Positions 26,926 through 36,515 of a stretch of 54,807 nucleotides of DNA are shown here, piece by piece. Made by a program: the position numbers and the translations under genes. Each line of letters begins with the position of its first letter. The stretch's first letter is position 1. Under the pieces are notes generated by a model. It was given only the letters and a program-made list of their open reading frames with translations, searched no databases and was not told the DNA's origin. Location: IMG/VR virus record IMGVR_UViG_3300034407_002805. The stretch is one strand, 5' to 3'. Source of the DNA: an uncultured virus (IMG/VR IMGVR_UViG_3300034407_002805) (taxonomy: Duplodnaviria; Heunggongvirae; Uroviricota; Caudoviricetes).

Positions 26926-27555
26926 ATGGAATTAATGTATGCTATATTGGCAGGTATCATATGGAGTGAGATTATTTCTCACTTTGGCGCTTCTATCTTA
27001 TTGCATAGACATTACTGTCATAAACAATTTAAAGTGCCAAAATGGTTTGAGTGGCTCGGATTGAGTATGCTTATGATTGCTTGCATCAAATCACCTATAG
27101 GTTGGATAGCTTCTCATCGTATGCACCACGCATATTCAGACACTGCAAAAGATCCTCACTCTGCAAAACATGTGGGTTTTTGGAAAGTTCTTCTAACGAC
27201 TTGGGACATACCTAGAATACCTATTAGATTTGCGAAAGATCTATATAAAAATAATGCTTTAGTTTTCTTTCATAATCATTGGTTTAAAATTCTTATAGCA
27301 GTGTGGATTATAACGTTTATGATTAGCCCATACTTTTTTATAGCATTTGCGTTGGTTCCTTTTATTTTTGCTAAAGTAGGGTTCGGACTACTAAATACAC
27401 TAGGACATTCAGATGGTCCGTCCAATAAAGCATGGATAAATATTTTTATAGCAGGTGAAGGCTACCATAAAGAACATCATGAAAACACAAAACGAATAAG
27501 ACTTCATAAGTATGATACAGCCGGATGGCTGGCTGAAAGGCTATTTGTAAAATGA
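26926..27555 (+). CDS. Membrane fatty acid desaturase (delta-9-like)
   Basis: His boxes HRHYCH, HRMHH, HKEHH; DPHS; GEGYH; TM segments. Confidence 0.88.
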   Translation: MELMYAILAGIIWSEIISHFGASILLHRHYCHKQFKVPKWFEWLGLSMLMIACIKSPIGWIASHRMHHAYSDTAKDPHSAKHVGFWKVLLTTWDIPRIPIRFAKDLYKNNALVFFHNHWFKILIAVWIITFMISPYFFIAFALVPFIFAKVGFGLLNTLGHSDGPSNKAWINIFIAGEGYHKEHHENTKRIRLHKYDTAGWLAERLFVK

Positions 27556-28172
27556 AGAAACAACGACTTCCAACAGTAGAAAATCTTAATTTAAATATTG
27601 ATATAGTAAAACTCAGAGAAGCGACAGATGCATTAGCAACACAATTTACTGATGTAAGATCAGCAAATCCTGGATTATGTATGAATCATGAGGAACTAGT
27701 AAAAGATGTATATGATAACTTTCAGCAGATTAATCTTACAATGCCAAGTGAAATAATACCTCATACAACAAGTATTAAAGAACGACTCCGAAGGCGTGAA
27801 GAACATCTCTATAATGTACCTACAAAGGAATACACTGGAAGTTATTTTGAAGAAATAGTTACACAGTGTAAAGCACCTGCTTCTCGTATACGCATTACAA
27901 AACTAGCGCCTGGTAAAATAATTCCATTTCACGTTGATTATGATGTTACATACGCCGTTCGTTGTATTGTACCAGTTTATGGCGGACAAAATGTAATTAA
28001 CTTGTTTAAACGTAATGGTAAAATCGAGGCATATAACTTAGAGGATGGCACAGCAAACTTTTTAAATATAGGTTATCCTCACGCTGTAATTAATATGAGT
28101 AATAAACCCCGCATTGCATTAATGTTTAGTTTGGATGGAACAGATGATATACAACGATTCAGCAACGTGTAA
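27552..28172 (+). CDS. 2OG-Fe(II) oxygenase (Asp/Asn beta-hydroxylase-like)
   Basis: RIRITKLAPG, HVD...HAVIN...RIAL. Confidence 0.75.
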   Translation: MKKQRLPTVENLNLNIDIVKLREATDALATQFTDVRSANPGLCMNHEELVKDVYDNFQQINLTMPSEIIPHTTSIKERLRRREEHLYNVPTKEYTGSYFEEIVTQCKAPASRIRITKLAPGKIIPFHVDYDVTYAVRCIVPVYGGQNVINLFKRNGKIEAYNLEDGTANFLNIGYPHAVINMSNKPRIALMFSLDGTDDIQRFSNV

Positions 28173-28923
28173 ATATATTGCACATGAAGTACAAACAAAA
28201 GGTTATAAAATATTTCATGATTTAGATTTATCTGAAAAAGAGTATGTAGATATTATGAAAAATTTTGGTGAACTAGAAGCACCAGGTCTTTTTATGAATT
28301 CAAAAGATCACCCTGAACTTTTTTACGTAACAGATAAAAGAGATGAATCAGGTCAAAAGATTGGCATGTTTGGTGGAGGTGAGTTAGGTTGGCATTCGAA
28401 TGGTAACAGCCGACATCTGATAGACAAAATATTAATTAGTCTTTATTGTGTACAAGGTGATCCTAACACAACGCTTTCTGTGTGTAATACTTCAGAACCA
28501 TTTTACGATCTTAGTAGAGATGAACAAGAGTATTATCAGTCTATTAAAATAAGACTTAAGTTTCAGAATAACACAATGTATCACCTAGACGACGATGATC
28601 CAGAACTTGAGTTTATGAGTCAGAACAAAGGAAGCATAAGGCCATTAGTTGGTTCGCATCCTCATACATTTGCTTCTTATTTTTATTTTCCCTACCATTT
28701 CATTATTAAAGCTTGGGAAGGAAAAAAACTGATTGACCATGAAGAACTGATTGAAAAACTCAAACCGATTATATTTAAAAGTAAATATCAGTTTCACCAT
28801 GTTTTTGCAAAAGGCGATTTACTTTTGATGGATCAATTCATGACATTGCATAGAAGAACTCCAGTGATGGGAGATAGAATGTTGTGGAGAATTGCCTGTG
28901 ACTACAACAAATTATGGAAGTAA
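28135..28923 (+). CDS. TauD/TfdA-family dioxygenase
   Basis: WHSNG, SLYC, GDLLLMDQFMTLHRR, RMLWR. Confidence 0.8.
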   Translation: MEQMIYNDSATCKYIAHEVQTKGYKIFHDLDLSEKEYVDIMKNFGELEAPGLFMNSKDHPELFYVTDKRDESGQKIGMFGGGELGWHSNGNSRHLIDKILISLYCVQGDPNTTLSVCNTSEPFYDLSRDEQEYYQSIKIRLKFQNNTMYHLDDDDPELEFMSQNKGSIRPLVGSHPHTFASYFYFPYHFIIKAWEGKKLIDHEELIEKLKPIIFKSKYQFHHVFAKGDLLLMDQFMTLHRRTPVMGDRMLWRIACDYNKLWK

Positions 28924-29816
28924 GAAAACAATTAAGAAATTATCCATGGGTAGATGTACCTTGTCACCATGACGTGAAAGATCTATTGAGTATGCAAAAA
29001 GCATCTCATAGTTATTTTAAGCGTGGTAATGGAGATGCTACAAAAGAATTAGATGAAGTAGAAGCTTTACATAGGCAGTGGGTTAAAAAAATGATTAACC
29101 TACAGGATTTCCCTTACTGCTATTTTGTCAATGGTGCTACTGATGCAATACATCATTGGGTCATGACTGAAAAAAGGCCATGGCAATATATGGAAGGAGA
29201 GTATGAATATGCAGGAATAATCGGTACTCCAGGCAAATCTATATGTGATGTACCTGGCCAACATATGAATGAAGAAACTCACCGAGTAGCTCTACCTTCT
29301 GTAGCAGAACTAGATAAACCTCTTTATGTGTCTATTCCTTCTGCTGCTGATGGAAATATATTTTATCCTAATATTGATAAATGGAAAATAACACCACCTG
29401 TAATTTTAGATTGTACATATGTAAGTGCGACACAATTGCAAAAAATAGAAGTACCATCAACAACTGAACAAATATTCTTTAGTTTTTCAAAAGGGTTTGG
29501 ATTAATAAGTCATAGACTTGGTTTAGTATATACCAAAGAGCCGCATCTTACTCTACATAGATTAAAAGAATTTGAAAATTGGAATTACAGCGGCGTTGAA
29601 ACAATGAAGCTTATTATGACTCATTTTGCAGTAGATGAAATGTGGAATAGATATAAAGATAAACAATTAAAAATATGTAAGGAATATGATTTCACTCCAT
29701 CTAGCGTTTTTTATTTAGCTACTACTAAAGATCGCTTTTATATGCGAAGACGTAGAATGAGATGGAATGACGACGCTAGAATATGTTTAACACCTTTATT
29801 TGAGGACTACTTATGA
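28914..29816 (+). CDS. PLP-dependent fold-type I enzyme (aminotransferase/decarboxylase-like)
   Basis: NGATDAI, LDCTY, SFSKGFGL..RLG with PLP lysine, C-terminal RIC. Confidence 0.75.
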   Translation: MEVRKQLRNYPWVDVPCHHDVKDLLSMQKASHSYFKRGNGDATKELDEVEALHRQWVKKMINLQDFPYCYFVNGATDAIHHWVMTEKRPWQYMEGEYEYAGIIGTPGKSICDVPGQHMNEETHRVALPSVAELDKPLYVSIPSAADGNIFYPNIDKWKITPPVILDCTYVSATQLQKIEVPSTTEQIFFSFSKGFGLISHRLGLVYTKEPHLTLHRLKEFENWNYSGVETMKLIMTHFAVDEMWNRYKDKQLKICKEYDFTPSSVFYLATTKDRFYMRRRRMRWNDDARICLTPLFEDYL

Positions 29817-30700
29817 CAAAACAAATTTTAGATTACACTGATGATGAAATTACAGAACTGGCTTATGAGATAGTTCGCAAAGGTTCAATTGTGTTGCATG
29901 AGCAGGATCTTACTCGAAAACAATATGCCGAAGTTTGCGCACGTTTTGGTAAGGTAGAAGAACTTGACTACTTTATGAATCCTAAAGATACTCCACAGAT
30001 TAGTTACGTTTCCGGAAAAATAGTTGACGGAAAACCTATAGGTATGTTTGGTCCTACAGAACTTGAATGGCATGCCAACGGTACTTGCAGATATAATTTT
30101 GATGAAATTATCGTAGGATTATATTGTAAAGAGGAATGTATTGATACGGTTCTTTCTATTGTAGATCAAAGAGCGCCTTTCCAAGATTTATCTGAAAAGG
30201 ATAAAGAGTATTGGCGTGACATTTTGGTACACTTCAATAACGAAGGAGAGCGTTCTAGAATATGGAGAGATGATGGTGTATATTCAAAAGCCTATCAAGC
30301 TGCAGGTGAAAAAGAGTTTAAGACAGGGGCAGCATTCTATAATGAAAAAATAGATCGTAGGCCTCTTGTTGCTAGGCATCCAGTAGACAACCAAGAGTAT
30401 TTTTATCCAATGTTTATCTATCTTTATAAAGCGTGGTATAAAGAAGGATTTGAGATAGAAGATTTTGATGCTTTTTATAATGAGCTATATGACTTAATTA
30501 CACGATCAAAATATATGGTGCACCATGTATTTCGTAAAGGCGATTTGCTTTTCATGGATCAGCTTCTAACAAGTCATAGACGTTCTGCAGTTAAAAATGC
30601 AGATAGAGAATTATGGAGAACAGCGTTCGATTATTCTAAAGCGATCAAAGATTATAATCCAGTGTTCTTTAATCCTGAAGATGTTTATGGTGATATTTAA
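29813..30700 (+). CDS. TauD/TfdA-family dioxygenase (paralog)
   Basis: WHANG, GLYC, PLVARHP, GDLLFMDQLLTSHRR, RELWR. Confidence 0.8.
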   Translation: MTKQILDYTDDEITELAYEIVRKGSIVLHEQDLTRKQYAEVCARFGKVEELDYFMNPKDTPQISYVSGKIVDGKPIGMFGPTELEWHANGTCRYNFDEIIVGLYCKEECIDTVLSIVDQRAPFQDLSEKDKEYWRDILVHFNNEGERSRIWRDDGVYSKAYQAAGEKEFKTGAAFYNEKIDRRPLVARHPVDNQEYFYPMFIYLYKAWYKEGFEIEDFDAFYNELYDLITRSKYMVHHVFRKGDLLFMDQLLTSHRRSAVKNADRELWRTAFDYSKAIKDYNPVFFNPEDVYGDI

Positions 30701-31380
30701 TGTTACAAAAATCTACTAATCGCCCGATACCATGGCCTAAAATACAAAAGCTTGATGCACTAGTAGATGGTTCAGATGAGAAAGTAGAAGTTCCTCTTAA
30801 AGAAAATTACTATATGGAAGATATGGCCTATCTCGATACAGATGAGGCCTATCCTCTCTTTGAAAAACAAGCGAGAATTATCAAGGATAGTGAATATAAA
30901 AAAATACTAGATGTAGGATGTCGACATGGCCCAGTAAATAAGATACTTCATATGAATCTTAAATATACTGATTACTTATATTTTGGATTTGATACTTCAG
31001 AAGAACCTATTAATGTAGCAAATGAAACTTGGAAAGATTATGATAACATTCAATATCGACAGCAAAGTTGGGAAGAAAAAATAGATCCAGGATTTATACC
31101 CGATGTTATTATTTTCAGTGGCGTATTACTTTATATAAAAGATGATCAGGAAAGATGGGACTTTTTTGATGAGTTTATGTTCTATCAGCAATGCAGTAAT
31201 GCAATTATTCAAGAGCCATATCATTTTCAAAGGCATTGGGATGATAGGTTAATCTTAAATACTATCACCAAAAAGGGTTTAAATTTTCTCTATCAAGACT
31301 ATAATGTTGATGAACATTATTTAGATTTACCGATATTCGCTGGTAAAAGAGTATTATATCATGTCACTGCTAAGCCTTAG
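30700..31380 (+). CDS. Class I SAM-dependent methyltransferase
   Basis: ILDVGCRHG, YFGFDTS, DVIIFSGVLLY. Confidence 0.8.
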   Translation: MLQKSTNRPIPWPKIQKLDALVDGSDEKVEVPLKENYYMEDMAYLDTDEAYPLFEKQARIIKDSEYKKILDVGCRHGPVNKILHMNLKYTDYLYFGFDTSEEPINVANETWKDYDNIQYRQQSWEEKIDPGFIPDVIIFSGVLLYIKDDQERWDFFDEFMFYQQCSNAIIQEPYHFQRHWDDRLILNTITKKGLNFLYQDYNVDEHYLDLPIFAGKRVLYHVTAKP

Positions 31381-31957
31381 CACAAGCTCTGCACCTAATA
31401 GCTTAAACTATAGAGGACTATTGGTGCTAAATGAAATTGTAAATCTTGGAACAGTAGACGGTCTTCATAATTATAATTTGCCCGTGATAAACGTTAATGG
31501 TATAAATGAACAGATACCATATGAAGCTAAAAGAATTATAGACTACATGTATAATTTCGATAAGTTCATATTTGCTGTTCCAGAATATACAGGAATGATG
31601 AGTGCTTCTACTAAAAACTTACTTGACTGGTTAGTAGTGTCAACCAATATGAATCTTGGACATGGCGAAGGTTATCCATTTACTAATAAACATGTAATAC
31701 TCGTGACGTTTACACCAAGTGGGCCAGAAGGTGGTGGTAGACATATGTCTCAGACGAAAGAAATATTTAAAAAATTAGGTGCAAACATCATTCATACAGA
31801 AGTCTTTAATTATGGATGGCAAACAGTATTACCTGGAAACACAGAACCATTTAAAATTCAAGCCGATAAGATAAATAATTATTTAAATTATAATCCAAAT
31901 CAATCAGAAGCATTTGATAAAAAATACAATGAGTGGAATAGTAAATGGATAACATAA
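31361..31957 (+). CDS. NAD(P)H-dependent FMN reductase
   Basis: SSAPNSLN, PEYTG...KNLLDW, GGG motifs. Confidence 0.82.
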   Translation: MSLLSLSTSSAPNSLNYRGLLVLNEIVNLGTVDGLHNYNLPVINVNGINEQIPYEAKRIIDYMYNFDKFIFAVPEYTGMMSASTKNLLDWLVVSTNMNLGHGEGYPFTNKHVILVTFTPSGPEGGGRHMSQTKEIFKKLGANIIHTEVFNYGWQTVLPGNTEPFKIQADKINNYLNYNPNQSEAFDKKYNEWNSKWIT

Positions 31958-32724
31958 GAACCAGTTCAGATCAAGGTGGATTACTTCTAGAAGCCGGTGA
32001 TTTTGATGACGAGATTTCTGGCATCTGTGAATACATTAATATTCCAGGAGAGGTCGATACGCTTCTTGAATTTTGGGCACAAATAATAAGTAAGGAGCAG
32101 AACTTAGGTTTAGGTGAAGCAAGGAAAATTGTTGGGTGTCATAGTTACGATAGTCACAACATATTTGGAAAAACATTATGGCAAAGTTATGCTATGGCTG
32201 ACTTAGCAGATAATGATAATGGCAATGCAGCAATCTTTGAACCTTTACTCGCTAAATATAGAAAAGTACATCCTCATTTTCAATTAAGATCTACTGGATT
32301 TAATTTTAGTGATTCTACCGAAAAAGAATTATATGTACATACCGACTTAGATCCGAAATGTGAACATCCTAATTATTTTAATTTTATTCTTCCTGTGCAC
32401 GGTAGAGGTCGAATCGACTATTATGAAACGAGAGCGGAAGAGATATGGTTGCCAGAAAGAAATAGTAGAAAAGAATACTATTATCATGAGTTTAAACCAA
32501 AATATAAATTTGATAAAGAATTTAATAGAAAAAGACGTATAGGACATATTCACGTAGATAGAAACACAGGCCCCGTTCTACTTGATACTGATGTGTTACA
32601 TGGTGTACAAGTATTAGAGGCGCCACGCCTTATATTCTGTGTTAGATTTAATAATATTCCTGCTCATGTAGATTTTCATGAGTTTAAGAAACATGCGGAA
32701 AAAGTTCTCAATGATATGGGCTAA
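31945..32724 (+). CDS. 2OG-Fe(II) oxygenase-like (DSBH) protein
   Basis: HTD...LHGV...PRL. Confidence 0.6.
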   Translation: MDNIRTSSDQGGLLLEAGDFDDEISGICEYINIPGEVDTLLEFWAQIISKEQNLGLGEARKIVGCHSYDSHNIFGKTLWQSYAMADLADNDNGNAAIFEPLLAKYRKVHPHFQLRSTGFNFSDSTEKELYVHTDLDPKCEHPNYFNFILPVHGRGRIDYYETRAEEIWLPERNSRKEYYYHEFKPKYKFDKEFNRKRRIGHIHVDRNTGPVLLDTDVLHGVQVLEAPRLIFCVRFNNIPAHVDFHEFKKHAEKVLNDMG

Positions 32725-33250
32725 AGAATTTGATATTGATATGCCTGACAATTTGCAATCAGTGTGTCAAAATTACATGAAACATTTTGATCCAGAACCG
32801 CCATTTAGATATAAATCAGTAGTAGATTCAAAGATGTGGGTTATTCCTCCTTTAGGTATTAATAGAAAAAGATTAGATGACGGCGGTGCGAATGGGCGTC
32901 TAGCAAATGTAAGGGAATTAGTCACTAAAATCACAGGACTGGCGTTAGAAGAAAAAACGCCCATATTAGCGATATGGAAATTTGATGAAAATTTTACATC
33001 CTGTCCTATCCACATAGACGATGGAGGAGAACATACTGGTTCAATTGTAACATGTATCACCGGAAAATTTAAATTACATTTGCATTCAGAGGATAAACCA
33101 GGTTCAACCATCCTTGAAACAATAAATATAAATAAATCAAAATTAGTTGCACTAAATAATACGGTATTTCCTCATTCGGTTGAAGGTCAAGGAGATCTGA
33201 TAGTATTTGGAACTTCTAAAGAAACGAATCCATTGGAGTATTTTGTATGA
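32711..33250 (+). CDS. 2OG-Fe(II) oxygenase-like (cupin) protein
   Basis: PIHID...PHSVEGQGDLIVFG. Confidence 0.55.
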   Translation: MIWAKEFDIDMPDNLQSVCQNYMKHFDPEPPFRYKSVVDSKMWVIPPLGINRKRLDDGGANGRLANVRELVTKITGLALEEKTPILAIWKFDENFTSCPIHIDDGGEHTGSIVTCITGKFKLHLHSEDKPGSTILETININKSKLVALNNTVFPHSVEGQGDLIVFGTSKETNPLEYFV

Positions 33251-33717
33251 CATATAATTGGTGCTATACATGGGATCATAACATTGATAAATATGACCTT
33301 TGCACATTTATCGATAAGAATAAAGTGCATAAAGAAAATTATTGGTGTATTTATGAATCTAAAGAAAATTTAAGCGATCATACGCTGCCATTACGAAATG
33401 AGATAGAACATTATATTGGTCCAGTCGAGTATATGGGGGTGTGGGATTATTATGATGGTTTCGTTGATGACTTAGGACCTCATAAAGATAGAGGCGATAT
33501 AGAAAACGCGGTTGTTTTCTTTTGTCCAAGGGGCGAGCTTACGGTTACATTACATGATGACGAAACAAAAGAAGTATTAGAGACTGTGATTTTAAATAAT
33601 ACTAAAGGAATGTCTCTATATCATACCAAATTTACACATGATGTTAAAGGCATTGGTTACTTAGTTGTATTTGGTTTATCAAAAGAATTTGATGCTGATT
33701 CTTATTTCATGAAATAA
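33247..33717 (+). CDS. 2OG-Fe(II) oxygenase-like (cupin) protein, paralog of the preceding gene
   Basis: PHKD...THDVKGIGYLVVFG; shares LH...ET(V/I) with 32711..33250. Confidence 0.55.
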   Translation: MTYNWCYTWDHNIDKYDLCTFIDKNKVHKENYWCIYESKENLSDHTLPLRNEIEHYIGPVEYMGVWDYYDGFVDDLGPHKDRGDIENAVVFFCPRGELTVTLHDDETKEVLETVILNNTKGMSLYHTKFTHDVKGIGYLVVFGLSKEFDADSYFMK

Positions 33718-34268
33718 TGATAGTAATTCCCTACATTCATAAAGGTAAAAAAGTCTACGACAACGAACAGTTGTGCTATGAAGCATTTTTATTGATGAAT
33801 ATAGAAAGAACAAGTGACAGACTCGGTAAAAATTATTCTTATAAAAATTTAAAATTAGAAAGTATGTATAATTACACCTTTGTATTCGATGGTGATAATC
33901 CTGTACAGGCTTCAGGGTCTCAAATACTTTCTTCAAATGTTTGTAGAGTTTTTAGTAGATATTATGCCTTCAATGATTATAGAACAGATGGCACTAACTT
34001 ATTAGAAAAAGCAGACGATTTTATAGAGTTAAAATGGACACTTGAAACACTGAATCATTTCCCGCTGATCATATGGAGTCGTGATAAAGGCGATGGTTTC
34101 TTTAGAAGATTGAAGAAAAATCGACCTGATATTTTTTCTGATTGGCAAATATATCCTGAAAAAATAGAACTCATGTATAAAAATAATTATCAGAGTATTT
34201 TTTATTTAGGTGATGTTACTCACTTACACAACCTACAATATGAATTCTATTCTCGAGAGAAGCATTAA
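33717..34268 (+). CDS. GNAT-fold acyltransferase-like protein
   Basis: FVFDGDNPVQASG...RVFSRYY...DYR pattern. Confidence 0.4.
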   Translation: MIVIPYIHKGKKVYDNEQLCYEAFLLMNIERTSDRLGKNYSYKNLKLESMYNYTFVFDGDNPVQASGSQILSSNVCRVFSRYYAFNDYRTDGTNLLEKADDFIELKWTLETLNHFPLIIWSRDKGDGFFRRLKKNRPDIFSDWQIYPEKIELMYKNNYQSIFYLGDVTHLHNLQYEFYSREKH

Positions 34269-34662
34269 CGAAAGTGTGCATTTTTGTAGTGTCTACGATA
34301 TAACTTCTGCCGTCTGCAGGGTGTCTTGACACTTTATCATCGATAATAAAGAAACAATTCTCATTTGTAATAAGAGGAATATGTAATCGCTTTGACCAGT
34401 CTTGGTGATATGTGTAGCATGTCTTTGGTTTCATATTCATAACTCTTGCACGATATACATTTAAGTTATTGAGAACTGAATTTGTATATGGCAGATCAAA
34501 TAAAAATTCAGTAAAATCTTCTTCTTTGTGTTCTTTGTCTGTAATTCTTCCTGTTGCATAGAAAGGATCAGATACTCCTGGCACTGTCTGTAAACCTATT
34601 TGAGTATCATATTTAGGTAACATCTCAAGTTCTATAAGTATTCTGTCAATATCTATGGACAT
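34216..34662 (-). CDS. 2OG-Fe(II) oxygenase (Asp/Asn beta-hydroxylase-like)
   Basis: RARVM, YTYHQD, RLHIPL, HTFVN...RIHIV. Confidence 0.75.
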   Translation of the reverse strand: MSIDIDRILIELEMLPKYDTQIGLQTVPGVSDPFYATGRITDKEHKEEDFTEFLFDLPYTNSVLNNLNVYRARVMNMKPKTCYTYHQDWSKRLHIPLITNENCFFIIDDKVSRHPADGRSYIVDTTKMHTFVNASLENRIHIVGCVSE

Positions 34663-35081
34663 ACCGTTATATCCTTCACTCTGTGTGGTTGATCTAAAAT
34701 CCAATCGATTATAGATACACAGTATTCAATTGACATTTTTGGTGCATCTATTTCAGCAACTCTAGGTGAATCAAAATAACCGAATCTTACAATTGTAGTG
34801 TCGACACCCTGATAAAATAATTGTTCATTTGCTTTATCAAGAGCACTTTTTTCTATTTGATATATGTGTGGTTGTTTTTTATTTTGGTCTGGAGAATTAG
34901 AACCAATGTTAATAATCTTTTTATTGAGTTCAGCGGCTCTGAAAAGCAACTCGACTTGTTCAAATTTATTATGCTTGCAGTTTATAAACACATCACAATC
35001 TTCAAGATTATCTACAGTGTCGTATAATATATTTAAAGCTTGGCCTAAGCCTCGCTTGGAACCAGTAATATAATATTTCAT
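34653..35081 (-). CDS. Minimal short-chain dehydrogenase/reductase
   Basis: ITGSKRGLG, DVFIN, INIGS, YQIEK (YxxxK). Confidence 0.7.
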   Translation of the reverse strand: MKYYITGSKRGLGQALNILYDTVDNLEDCDVFINCKHNKFEQVELLFRAAELNKKIINIGSNSPDQNKKQPHIYQIEKSALDKANEQLFYQGVDTTIVRFGYFDSPRVAEIDAPKMSIEYCVSIIDWILDQPHRVKDITVCP

Positions 35082-35704
35082 GATTTGTATCTAAGAGATA
35101 ATCCTATCTTTATACCATCGAGTTTTCCAGTGGCGTGAATGTATTTATTATCGAATATTAGTAAATCGCCTGGATTAAATGACATAGCATCTCCAGTTAA
35201 ACCAAACCATTGTTTTTTATCAGCCCAATCTAAGTATTGATACAATTCATCAGATATAGGTTCATCTGTCAATCCTTCTACTTCTTTATAATCATATGGT
35301 CGACCTTTCACGCCTGTATTATATTCAAAAAACCATACACCATTATGTAAACACCACGTTACACTATCTTTATGCCATTTCTGATCAAAAACTATTAACT
35401 TTGCATTAGGATCAGTGCTGTGCAATGGTACTACAACATTAATTGTATTTCCCCATTTATGTTTATGATCTGTATGAGGCAAGTACGGGCTGTCATGTCT
35501 ATAATAATTACCGCCAACTTTTTTATATCCGTACATAAAATCGTTAATAATTTGTATAGCAGGACCTGGCAAAGCTTTAGCCCACGTATCAACCTCCTCT
35601 GTTACACGGTCGTCTTTTGTAGCACTAAATTTATTTAATTCAAACTCATTTAGTAAAGTTTCAATTTGTTCACTATCTAAAACATTTTTTAAAACTTTTT
35701 TCAT
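35078..35704 (-). CDS. 2OG-Fe(II) oxygenase-like protein
   Basis: PHTD...PGDLLIFD...HAT...K. Confidence 0.65.
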   Translation of the reverse strand: MKKVLKNVLDSEQIETLLNEFELNKFSATKDDRVTEEVDTWAKALPGPAIQIINDFMYGYKKVGGNYYRHDSPYLPHTDHKHKWGNTINVVVPLHSTDPNAKLIVFDQKWHKDSVTWCLHNGVWFFEYNTGVKGRPYDYKEVEGLTDEPISDELYQYLDWADKKQWFGLTGDAMSFNPGDLLIFDNKYIHATGKLDGIKIGLSLRYKS

Positions 35705-35732
35705 TTTTTTTAAATAAAATGCATTTTAGGGG

Positions 35733-35761
35733 TTTACTTTTCCGAAAAACTAGTGTATAAT
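35733..35761 (+). promoter_or_regulatory. Strong early promoter
   Basis: AT-rich UP element, TTTACT-N17-TATAAT, GAGGAG RBS. Confidence 0.8.
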
Positions 35762-35795
35762 ATATCTATAATCAAAAAGGAAGAGGAGTCCTGAT

Positions 35796-36065
35796 ATGTT
35801 TTTAGAAAATCTTACAAAGCTTGAAAAGAATCTTTGGAACAGCCACGTTGAGTTTATGGGTGTTGACCATGATATGGCTGAAATGTATGCTGAAGATCGT
35901 AACGATGTAATCGAAGTTAAAGAACGTTTTAATCGTGGCCATATGGGTTCACTAAAAACATTTATCGATCGTATGGATACACATCCACGCGAGGGTGTAG
36001 TATTGGCTTTAGCCGCTGATCTTGGTTCTGATTGGGTTGCTAAAAATCTTGGTTGGGAAGTTTAA
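35796..36065 (+). CDS. Hypothetical early protein
   Basis: ORF directly after the early promoter. Confidence 0.75.
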   Translation: MFLENLTKLEKNLWNSHVEFMGVDHDMAEMYAEDRNDVIEVKERFNRGHMGSLKTFIDRMDTHPREGVVLALAADLGSDWVAKNLGWEV

Positions 36066-36067
36066 TA

Positions 36068-36169
36068 ATGGATTATATTACTCAGGTGATCGCTGATTTT
36101 ATGGAAATCGGTTATTCAGAAAAAGAAGCAACAGCTCTTGCATGGGCAAAATATTTGGAGTTATCATAA
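36068..36169 (+). CDS. Small hypothetical protein (33 aa)
   Basis: Part of a TAATG-coupled ORF chain 36068-36169-36255. Confidence 0.45.
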   Translation: MDYITQVIADFMEIGYSEKEATALAWAKYLELS

Positions 36170-36254
36170 TGTTTCGTAATATCTATGAATCAATCGCTTG
36201 TTTCGTGTTGTTCACTATTGCTCTAACTGCTTTACCTATATTGTTGATTTGGTA

Positions 36255-36452
36255 ATGTCGCACGAATCAGAAATCATTAACACTAAAGGTCATCCATGGG
36301 TTGGTGTTCGCTGGCCCGTAACAGGAAGTAGGGGAGACAAATATCATGTCGAAATGGTCAACTACGGATTTGAGTGTAATTGCATTGCATATCGAAAGTG
36401 CAAGCATATCAAAGAAGTCGAGAAAAAAATCGCTAATCAATGCACTTTTTAG
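36255..36452 (+). CDS. SWIM zinc-finger protein
   Basis: GSRGDKYHV...CNC...CKH. Confidence 0.7.
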   Translation: MSHESEIINTKGHPWVGVRWPVTGSRGDKYHVEMVNYGFECNCIAYRKCKHIKEVEKKIANQCTF

Positions 36453-36481
36453 TTTACTTTCGTTTAAAAGTGTGGTATAAT
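36453..36481 (+). promoter_or_regulatory. Early promoter
   Basis: TTTACT-N17-TATAAT, GAGGAG RBS. Confidence 0.8.
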
Positions 36482-36515
36482 ATATAAGTAAAATGGAAAA
36501 AGAGGAGAATATATA

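Noticed and set aside
33127..33134. TATAAATA inside a cupin gene
   Set aside because: Lies in a very AT-rich coding stretch where a chance match is likely
27552..35704. TET/JBP-type 5mC dioxygenase partnering the C5-MTase
   Set aside because: None of the oxygenases shows recognisable TET/JBP features by eye, they are 7 kb or more from the MTase, and gp42 already explains hmC; not fully excluded without an HMM search
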